In this document: piece by piece, positions 56,832 through 64,000 of the stretch
How the letters are laid out: each line of letters begins with the position of its first letter
How positions within the stretch are numbered: the first letter of the stretch is position 1
Source of the DNA: Myxococcota bacterium
GTDB taxonomy: Bacteria; Myxococcota_A; UBA796; UBA2385
Assembly: GCA_044344255.1 (NCBI GenBank)
Contig: JBIJDH010000006.1
Span: 128,001 to 192,000 of the forward strand
Direction: 5' to 3'
DNA: 64,000 nucleotides
Made by a program: the position numbers and the translations under genes
The notes under the pieces: generated by a model
Seen by the model: the letters and a program-made list of their open reading frames with translations, nothing else
What the model was told of the DNA's origin: nothing
The model's database searches: none

Positions 56832-58553
56832 TCAGCCCGTCCAGCCGACCGCGAGGCCTGGGCAAGCGGGAGGGCCGGGGCAAGTGGGCGAGGTGCAGGG
56901 CGTGAAGGCGCCGTCGGGATCGAGGGGATCGGGGGGACGGACGCGGTCAGCGCGGAGGGCGTAGGAGGGGGCGGCGGCGCCGACGGGCGGCAGGCGGGCG
57001 AGCTCGGCGTCGCTCGCCCTGCGGAGGGCGCAGGGGAGGAGGGCCTGGAGCTCGGGGCGGCCGGCGAGGGCCAGGAGCGAGCCCCCCTGGGCCGTGAGGC
57101 GGAAGCGGAGGGGCAGGGCGACATCGAAGGGTCGATCGGCTGGGCCGCGGATCACCTGCACGAGGCCCACGTCCGCCTCGGTGAGGCGAGCGAGCCGCTG
57201 GAGCCCCTCGAGCTCCTCGGGTGAGGGCGCGGCGGTGAAGACGTGGTCGAAGCTCTGGACGCCGCGGAGGCCGAGGAGCTGCCGATCGGAGAGCGCGAGG
57301 AGGTTGTTGAGGGGGCCCCCCACCCGGACGGCGCGGAAGGACAGGCGCAGGCACTCGCGGAGGAGCTCGGCCAGGGCGGGGTGACGCAGCGAGGCGGCGT
57401 CGGCGACGCGGAGCTCGGGCGCGCCCTCCTGCGCGGCGCGGAGGAGCAAGGCGCGCAGCTCCCGGCTGCTCCCCTCGAAGACCACCCGCAGCGTGGCGGG
57501 CGGTGGGGCGCTGGCCTCGAGCAGCAGCGGATCTCCGCCGAGGCCCCCCGGCTCACCCGCTCGATGGAGCGCGCGGTGGACGTCGCGCAGGCGGGTGGAG
57601 GGACGGCGGCCGGCGCGGGGCGGCGGTGGCGGCACAGGCTCGCCGGGCGCGACGGCAGGGGGCTGGAGCGCCGCGCGCGGCGGCCGAGGCGGGGAGAGGG
57701 CCTCGATCATCCCGAAACGATCGACGTAGCCGAGGGGGACGCCGCCGCAGACCGGCGCGCCGGGGCAGCGCCCGCAGGGCAGGCCCGGCGACCGCGCGGT
57801 GGGCTCCTCCCCCTCGGCGGGGCCCGGGCCGCCGCCTGCGCCGGGCCCCTCGCCCTCGAGGGTGAACAGGGCCTCCGGCAGCCGGGGCGCGGCGCAGCGG
57901 GGGAGCCCGAGGAGCTGGAGCCGGAGGTCGCGCGCGCTCGCGACGTCGACCAGGGCCTCGAGCGGTCCCTCGAGGAGGCCGAGACGGGGCGCCAGCGCGA
58001 CATAGTCGTGGGCGGCGGGCCCACAGCGCCGGAGCCAGCGGAGGCGAAAGGCCCGGGCCCCGAGGTGGGCAGCGACGGAGGCGGTCTCGGCGGGGTGGTC
58101 TTGCGTGGGGCGGCAGAGGGTCGCCTCGACCTCGACCTCGAGGCCCGCGGCGGCGGCGGCGCGGATCGCCGCCCGCGCCCGCCGCGCCGCGCCGGGGAGC
58201 CCGACCAGCCAGTCGTGGGCGTCCGCGCGCGCCGAGTGGAGGGGCAGGCGCAGGTGGCGGAGGCCGGCCGCGTGGAGGGAGGCCGCCACGCCCGCGGCGC
58301 TGAGGGCGAGGCCATCTGTGGCGAGGCCGACACGGTGGCCAGCGAGGTGGAGCGCGCGGATGAGCGCGGGCAGCTCCGCCCGCAGGGTGGGCTCACCGCC
58401 GCCGATCCACAGCGGGGGCGCCGCGAGGGAGGTGCTCGGGGGGCCGGCCTGGCGGAGGGCGTCCTCGAGGCTGCTCGCCGTTCGGGGCGGGGCCTCATCG
58501 AGGCGGCCGCGCTGGCGGGGCCCGCCGCCGAGATCGATCCAGCGCTCGGGCAT
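56832..58553 (-). CDS. Tandem radical-SAM-like (HxsC-type) protein lacking CxxxCxxC
   Basis: GGGEPTLR, LATDG, LHSARADAHD; PCGRC..CGG; a second degenerate barrel ending PC..C..CPG. Confidence 0.72.
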   Translation of the reverse strand: MPERWIDLGGGPRQRGRLDEAPPRTASSLEDALRQAGPPSTSLAAPPLWIGGGEPTLRAELPALIRALHLAGHRVGLATDGLALSAAGVAASLHAAGLRHLRLPLHSARADAHDWLVGLPGAARRARAAIRAAAAAGLEVEVEATLCRPTQDHPAETASVAAHLGARAFRLRWLRRCGPAAHDYVALAPRLGLLEGPLEALVDVASARDLRLQLLGLPRCAAPRLPEALFTLEGEGPGAGGGPGPAEGEEPTARSPGLPCGRCPGAPVCGGVPLGYVDRFGMIEALSPPRPPRAALQPPAVAPGEPVPPPPPRAGRRPSTRLRDVHRALHRAGEPGGLGGDPLLLEASAPPPATLRVVFEGSSRELRALLLRAAQEGAPELRVADAASLRHPALAELLRECLRLSFRAVRVGGPLNNLLALSDRQLLGLRGVQSFDHVFTAAPSPEELEGLQRLARLTEADVGLVQVIRGPADRPFDVALPLRFRLTAQGGSLLALAGRPELQALLPCALRRASDAELARLPPVGAAAPSYALRADRVRPPDPLDPDGAFTPCTSPTCPGPPACPGLAVGWTG

Positions 58554-58590
58554 GTGCTCCTCCAGGGTCCGCGCCTCCAGGGTCCGCTCC

Positions 58591-59178
58591 TTATCGTGTG
58601 GGGGCCGCCCGTCGCCCGATCGCGGCGGCGAGCGCGGCGACGCTCCCGGCGATGAGGGCCACCGCCCCCCAGAGCAGGTAGAGCGCGCTCGCGGGGAAGC
58701 CGAGCCCCTCTGCCCAGCCCCCGAGCCCGGCGCCGGTCTGCCCGCCCTCGAAGTGGGGGCGAGCCGAGGAGAGGATCGGCTCCAGCCGGAAGCGCTGCCC
58801 CTCGCGGATCGCGATGAACACGACTGGATAGGTGGACCGCTGCCAGGCCGGGGGGACGGTGACCTCCACCTCGTGCAGGAGCGGGAGGCCGTCTGCGGTC
58901 CCCGCGAGGCTCAGCCGCGCGCCTTTGGGGGGTGGATCCAGCAAGGCCCAGTGCTCCCCGTCACCCGGTGCGTCGTAGCTGCCGGTCCCGTCGTCGCTCA
59001 AGAGCACGGCGGCCGGCTGGCCGGTGAGGGTGGCGGTGACCTGCACGTCCTCCACGCCGGCCGGGAAGGCGACGGCCACGGCCACAGAGCCCGCGGGCTC
59101 GCTGTCCCCGCCGGGCGGGGGGGGGGCCTGACTCCAGCCGAGGCCGCCGAGCGCCACGAGCAGCGAGAGCGCGCTCAT
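58591..59178 (-). CDS. Secreted/membrane-anchored protein with choice-of-anchor-X-like DDG..D..GDG motif
   Basis: Signal peptide, LSDDGTGSYDAPGDGEH, C-terminal TM followed by RR. Confidence 0.65.
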   Translation of the reverse strand: MSALSLLVALGGLGWSQAPPPPGGDSEPAGSVAVAVAFPAGVEDVQVTATLTGQPAAVLLSDDGTGSYDAPGDGEHWALLDPPPKGARLSLAGTADGLPLLHEVEVTVPPAWQRSTYPVVFIAIREGQRFRLEPILSSARPHFEGGQTGAGLGGWAEGLGFPASALYLLWGAVALIAGSVAALAAAIGRRAAPTR

Positions 59179-60926
59179 GCGCCCGAGTCCTCAGCCCAGG
59201 CCTGGATCTCGGCCCAGGCGCCGTCGATGTCGAGGTTGGCCGGCGGGATGTGGTACAGGATGACCGGATCGTCCTCGGTGGGGGCGCTCGCGGCGGCGGT
59301 CTTCGTGAGGCGGGACAGCGTCGCCTTCATCCGGCTGAGGTCGGAGTCGCGGAAGCCGCTCGTGTGGAGCGCGAGGTCGGTCACCCCGAGGCGGGCGAGC
59401 ACCCCGAGGATCTGCTGGGCCTCCGCCTCTCGGCCATCCGCGAGGGCGAGGGAGAGGCGGCGGTTGGTGACCGTCTGCGCGTCGCCGGCCCGCGTGAAGT
59501 CGGTCATGCAGGGCTGGCCGTGGTGGGTCTGGTAGAAGGCCGAGAGCCCCGCGAAGCGGAGGAGGTCGCGGTCATAGCCCCAGAGGTCGAGCAGGGCGCC
59601 CTTGCCCGACAGGCTCGCGTAGGCGCTGGGCACGGTGGCGGGGGCGCGGGTGGTGTCGGTGGCGAAGCCGGTGAAGAGCAGGCCGTCGGCCAGCAAGAGG
59701 CCGAGCAGGAGCGCCGTCCAGCGGGGCCTCAAGCCGTCCCGGCGCAGGCGATCGAGGAACAGCGCCACGAGCGCGGCGAGCCCTACGAAGCTGAGCGCGA
59801 GGAAGCGGGCGGGCATCCGGTAGGCGAGCACGGAGCGGCTGATCGCGTAGAGCCCAGCGTAGGGCAGGCGGAGGGTGCCGAAGCTCCGGTCGTCGAGCCG
59901 GAGGTAGGGGCCGAGGGCCAGCGTGACGCCCACCGCGGAGAGGATCAGCCAAGGCAGGACCTTCCGGGGGCTGCGCACCGCGAGGGCCAGCAGGCCGAAG
60001 CACAGGGGCACGAGGCCGACGCTGCCGATCCGCCCCTGGCGGAGGTGCGCCGTGCCCGGCACCGGGACGAGCAGGCCGGTCAAGCTGAGGGAGTCGAGGG
60101 CGACGTTGCGGAGCGGATCCTGGCCCTCCGGGAACCGAGCGGCGATCGCGCCGTCCAGGGCCGCGCCCACCATCAGCGCGAGGGGCACTACGGTGATCAC
60201 GGCGGCGGCGAGGAAGCCGCCGATGGCCGGCAGCGTGGGGCGGAGCCGGCCGCGCTCCCAGCCGACGAGGATGGCGCTGCCGAGCACGGCGAGGAGGATG
60301 GCGCCGTCCACCGCGTAATAGCCGGAGGACCACGCGAGGGCGCCGAAGAGGAGCCCGGCCTTCACGCCGTCCCGCACCGCCCCGGAGCGGGCGGCGAGCA
60401 CGAGCTGACCGGCGAAGGCGGGGAGGAAGAGCCCCGCCAGGAGGTAGGCCTCCCCCTCGATCCGGTAGGTGTGGGTGAGCGTGTTGAAGGCGAGCACGAG
60501 CCCCGCGGCGAAGGCGGCGGCGCGCCCGACCCCCAGCACCCGATGGGCCAGCCAGGCCCCCGCCGCGCCCGTGCTGGCGATGGCGACGAGCGAGAAGGCG
60601 TTGAAGGCCGCGACCGGCGAGAACACGAAGCGGAAGGGGAGGTAGAGCAGGCCGAAGAGGAAGCTGTCGGCCAGCCGGAGGTCGAGGCCCTTCGGCCAGG
60701 CCACCGCCGTGTCGTGCAGCAGCGGCGCCTCGAAGGAGAGGGCTCGCCAGAAGTGCTCCCCCAGCCAGATCGTGCCGTAGCCGTCGAAGCGGCGAGACGA
60801 GAAGAGCAGCTCGTCGTTGAAGTGTATCGCCAACGGCCAGGTGCTGGCGACGGCGAGGAGCAGGTAGAGCGACCCGGCGGCGAAGAGCGCGCCCGCACCG
60901 GCGGCGGCGGCAGGGCGGTCATTCAA
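59175..60926 (-). CDS. Polytopic membrane protein, GT-C/YfhO-like glycosyltransferase
   Basis: TWPL..D..W..AWPKG, YRMPARF, YQTHHGQP; many TM helices; TTG start overlapping the upstream stop. Confidence 0.72.
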   Translation of the reverse strand: MNDRPAAAAGAGALFAAGSLYLLLAVASTWPLAIHFNDELLFSSRRFDGYGTIWLGEHFWRALSFEAPLLHDTAVAWPKGLDLRLADSFLFGLLYLPFRFVFSPVAAFNAFSLVAIASTGAAGAWLAHRVLGVGRAAAFAAGLVLAFNTLTHTYRIEGEAYLLAGLFLPAFAGQLVLAARSGAVRDGVKAGLLFGALAWSSGYYAVDGAILLAVLGSAILVGWERGRLRPTLPAIGGFLAAAVITVVPLALMVGAALDGAIAARFPEGQDPLRNVALDSLSLTGLLVPVPGTAHLRQGRIGSVGLVPLCFGLLALAVRSPRKVLPWLILSAVGVTLALGPYLRLDDRSFGTLRLPYAGLYAISRSVLAYRMPARFLALSFVGLAALVALFLDRLRRDGLRPRWTALLLGLLLADGLLFTGFATDTTRAPATVPSAYASLSGKGALLDLWGYDRDLLRFAGLSAFYQTHHGQPCMTDFTRAGDAQTVTNRRLSLALADGREAEAQQILGVLARLGVTDLALHTSGFRDSDLSRMKATLSRLTKTAAASAPTEDDPVILYHIPPANLDIDGAWAEIQAWAEDSGA

Positions 60927-62782
60927 GGCGGCGGCTCCGGCGAGCGGGGAGGGGGCACTTCAGGGTCACCAGGGTATCGCCCCCTCTCCGGGCCGACCAC
61001 CGGCGCCGCCCCCGCACCATCGACCCCCGCCGCGCCAGGCGCCGCGCAGGGGTCGCCGCCGCCGAAGGGAGCGTAGAAGCGGAGTGTGTCGTCCTGGTAG
61101 ACGGGTGGCCCGAGCAGCTCGGCGAGGCGCCCCCGCATGGCCCGCTGGAGGACGGGGCTGCGAGCCAAGGCCGAGGGGAGGGTGTCGAGCCGCCAAGCGA
61201 ACCAACGATAGCCGAGGACCTGCAGCTCGGCGCGATCTTCGAGGGTCCAGGCGCCCTGGTCTCGGGGGTCGACCACGCTCCGAACCAGGGCGGCTACGAA
61301 GCTGTTCTCGACGCGGAGCGCCTGCTGCGCCGCGGGCACCAAGGCGTGCGAGCGCTCGTTCATGCCCCCGAACATCGGCCGCTCGAAGACGGTCTGGGCG
61401 AAGAGCGGCTCGTGGTCCCGGCCGTAGGGGAGCACGAAGACCGCGCCCTCTTCATCGGCGAGGCAGGCCCAGGCCGGCGCGGTGCGGGCCTCCCAGGTGG
61501 GGAGGGGGAGCTGCCCCGCCCGCGCGCCTTCAAGGCTGAACAGGGTGAGCGAGAGCGCGGCGGCGGCGGCGCGGCGGCGCGGCGGCAGGCGGTCCAGGGC
61601 CGTGGCGGCGCCGAGGGCGCTCAAGGGGACCAAGAGGACGAGGGCCCGCATCGGCCAGTACAGGCGCGCCATCGGCGGGAGCGCGTTGGCCAGGAGCACG
61701 TAGAGCGGGTTGGGCAGGCCGCCCGGCGCCGGGCCGACGGCGAGGAGCAGGGCGAACAGCCCGATGGCCGCCCAGCGTCGTCCGGCGAGGGTGGCGGCGG
61801 CGGCGGCCAGCAGGGCGACGAGGCCGAGCGCGGGCCCAATCGGGGTGACCCCGGACTCCGAGCGGAAGACCGCGTGGATCGGGTCGCCCAGGACGCAGAG
61901 CTGGATGTTGTCGCCAGCGGCGCTCCGCAGCGAGAGCTCCCCGCTCAGCCAGTCGCGGACGGGCAAGACCCCGCCTACCGCCCCCTCCGCCAGGGCCCTC
62001 CCGAGGGGCAGCGCGACCGGGGCGCAGAGCAGCAGGGAGAGCAGCCCCATGCCGAAGAGGCGCGGCAGCGCGCTGCGGAGGCGGAGCTCCGGGGGCGCGG
62101 AGAGGGCGAGGAGGCAGGCCGCGAGCGCCGCGAAGAGGCCGGCGAACCAGTAGACGTAGGCGGTGAGCGCGAACATCAGGCCGGCGACGACGGCGCTGCG
62201 CCAGCCCGCGCGGGGCTCTCGCTCTCGAAAGGCCCGATCTGCGGCGCCGAGCGCGAGCAGCAGGGGCGCGGCGATGGCCTGGGTGGGGCGGCCCTGGATG
62301 AGCTCGAAGAGGGGGGTGGGGTGCAAGGCGGCGATCGCGGCGCCGAGCAGGATCCCGTGGGGGGAGGCCCCGCGCTGCCGGAGCCAGAGCCCGGCCGCGG
62401 CGCCGTTGCTGGCGAGGATCAGCAGGTAGAGCGTGTTCCAAGCGAAGGTCGGCCCGCCCCACCAGCGGAGGGGCACGCTGAAGAGGGCGTCGACGAGGTT
62501 GGCGCCGGTGTCCCCAGCGATGTCCTTGCCCCAGGGGAAGAAGAGACGATCCGTGTGCAGGCCGAGCTCGGAGCCCTCGACGTAGCGGGCGGCCCACCAC
62601 TGGAACCACCAGGTGCCGAGCGCGTCCACCGAGCGGGTGCCGAGGGCCGTCTCTCCCCCGGCTCGGAGGCCGAAGCCGACGAAGATCAGCGCCATCACGA
62701 GCAGCGTGAGGGCGAGCAGCCCGATTCGGCGCCCGTCGACGGGAGCCGGTGGCAGGGGAGGAGCGACCGGCGGAGGAGACAT
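60923..62782 (-). CDS. Second GT-C/YfhO-like polytopic membrane protein
   Basis: VDALGTWW..LFFPWG, RLYWPMR, QTVFERPMFGG; many TM helices; ATG at 62782. Confidence 0.72.
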   Translation of the reverse strand: MSPPPVAPPLPPAPVDGRRIGLLALTLLVMALIFVGFGLRAGGETALGTRSVDALGTWWFQWWAARYVEGSELGLHTDRLFFPWGKDIAGDTGANLVDALFSVPLRWWGGPTFAWNTLYLLILASNGAAAGLWLRQRGASPHGILLGAAIAALHPTPLFELIQGRPTQAIAAPLLLALGAADRAFREREPRAGWRSAVVAGLMFALTAYVYWFAGLFAALAACLLALSAPPELRLRSALPRLFGMGLLSLLLCAPVALPLGRALAEGAVGGVLPVRDWLSGELSLRSAAGDNIQLCVLGDPIHAVFRSESGVTPIGPALGLVALLAAAAATLAGRRWAAIGLFALLLAVGPAPGGLPNPLYVLLANALPPMARLYWPMRALVLLVPLSALGAATALDRLPPRRRAAAAALSLTLFSLEGARAGQLPLPTWEARTAPAWACLADEEGAVFVLPYGRDHEPLFAQTVFERPMFGGMNERSHALVPAAQQALRVENSFVAALVRSVVDPRDQGAWTLEDRAELQVLGYRWFAWRLDTLPSALARSPVLQRAMRGRLAELLGPPVYQDDTLRFYAPFGGGDPCAAPGAAGVDGAGAAPVVGPERGRYPGDPEVPPPRSPEPPP

Positions 62783-62924
62783 CGAAGCGCGACCCATCGG
62801 GGCTGGCGGATTAACGGGTGGGATGCCATCTTGGGGTGCCGGGCGACGCCCGCGGCCCCCTCCGAGGCGGCCCTCGAGGGATCCTCGAGGGCCCCTCGAC
62901 CTCCTGTACCGGAGCGCCAACCTG

Positions 62925-63317
62925 ATGTTCAGCCGCCTGATCACCGCCTCGGCCGGCCTCGCTGCGCCTCTCGTCCTGCGCGGCTCCCGTTGCCTCCTCT
63001 TCGGCGCCCTCGTGTGGGTCACCGCTTGTTCCACGACGCGAGACTGCGCCACCTTGGACAAGCCGGCGGATCGCGACTGGTGCTGGTACGAGGTCGCGGT
63101 CGCCGCCGCCGAAGCCGATGATCTCCCGAAGGTGAACGAGGCCGTCCAAAAGATCGAGGAGCCGATGGTGCGATCGGCCGCCGTCAACAAGGTGCTCTCC
63201 CTCGACCCGCAGGGGCTCGACGAGAAGAGCGCGATCACGATGTGCGACACGCTCATCGAGACCGACCAGAAGACCTGCATCAACACCTGGAAGCGGCCCC
63301 ACCTCTGGACCAACTGA
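62925..63317 (+). CDS. Small Cys-containing putative lipoprotein
   Basis: ATG after GGAG; WVTAC lipobox; C..DWC, C..C motifs; strong coding bias. Confidence 0.7.
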   Translation: MFSRLITASAGLAAPLVLRGSRCLLFGALVWVTACSTTRDCATLDKPADRDWCWYEVAVAAAEADDLPKVNEAVQKIEEPMVRSAAVNKVLSLDPQGLDEKSAITMCDTLIETDQKTCINTWKRPHLWTN

Positions 63318-63388
63318 CCCTCCCTTCTGCGGGGCGACGGGCGGGGGGGCGCGCGCCGCGGCGCCGCCCCCGGTCCCTCGCCCCACGG

Positions 63389-64000
63389 ATGCCGTGCGTG
63401 ACCGCGCTCTTCCTGCTGCTGCTCGCTTGCGCGCCCAATCCCGCGTCAGTCCCCGCCGCGGCCTCCACCGCGGCCTCCGCCGCCGTGGCGCCGCTCGGGC
63501 CGGCGCTCGAGCGGCAGGCGGGCCTCGTGCGGGTCGACCTCCTGCTCGGCCGAGACGAGCGCGAGTTGGTCGAGGCCTTCGAGGCCTTGATCCGGGAGGA
63601 GTCCGTCGTGCTCGGGACGGGCGCCTCGCGGCACCTCCAGGCCTTGCAGGCCCAGGAGCCCGAGGCCCAGCGAGAGGCCGCCCGAAATGGCACCGCCGCC
63701 GCGGACCTCCTCGGGCCGCTCATCGAGGTCCGGCGCCTCATCGGCCGCGACCCCGAGCTCACCGACGGCCGGCCCGGCACCGCGGTCCGTGGCACGGCCT
63801 CCCGCCTGCTCGAGGACGACCGAGACCGCCTCGTGGTCGCCGCGGCGCCCGTAGACCGCGCCCTCGGCGCCCTTGATCTCACCCTCCGAGACCCCGAGCG
63901 CCTCGCTGACCCCGCCGCGCTTCACGCCGTCGGGGAGCAGCTCCCCGGGCTGATCCTCGACCTGCTGGATCTCCAGCGTACGCGCTTGCTCGGCCTCCTT
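63389..64000 (+). CDS. Putative lipoprotein (3' truncated by window)
   Basis: MPCVTALFLLLLACAP lipobox; the frame appears to stay open to the window end, so it is absent from the ORF track. Confidence 0.6.
   Translation, partial: MPCVTALFLLLLACAPNPASVPAAASTAASAAVAPLGPALERQAGLVRVDLLLGRDERELVEAFEALIREESVVLGTGASRHLQALQAQEPEAQREAARNGTAAADLLGPLIEVRRLIGRDPELTDGRPGTAVRGTASRLLEDDRDRLVVAAAPVDRALGALDLTLRDPERLADPAALHAVGEQLPGLILDLLDLQRTRLLGLL

Overview
Very GC-rich bacterial chromosomal window. It is most likely Myxococcota, judging by a MYXO-CTERM-like sorting signal, acidic DAD/GTD-linker lipoproteins, a Ser/Thr kinase-WD40 protein and an ExbB-ExbD-ExbD trio. About 43 CDS are supportable. No rRNA, tRNA, CRISPR array, transposase or prophage was seen. 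All family calls are by-eye motif recognition, with no database search. The best candidate for a new system is a ~2376-aa orphan DUF4157 (eCIS-core) protein (4866-11996, minus strand). It has two DUF4157 modules (one with a degenerate HExxH), an embedded M15 Zn-peptidase, a long helical stalk, an SPFH-like module and a C-terminal CD38/ADP-ribosyl-cyclase-like NADase domain. A duplicated HEAT-like gene follows 30 bp later as a candidate immunity protein. Other highlights: (1) a nickel-free Ehr complex operon headed by an HTH_17-PTS IIA regulator, whose sigma70-type promoter is bracketed by 10-bp-phased repeats; (2) two probable CTG start codons; (3) a GT4-radical SAM fusion coupled to RNase HI; (4) a five-gene envelope operon with a double Cys-less pseudo-radical-SAM protein; (5) a domain-permuted MFE-2-like enzyme; (6) an AGMO-like monooxygenase divergent from a BPI/TULIP-like lipoprotein; (7) recurring short tandem repeats directly at or after stop codons.
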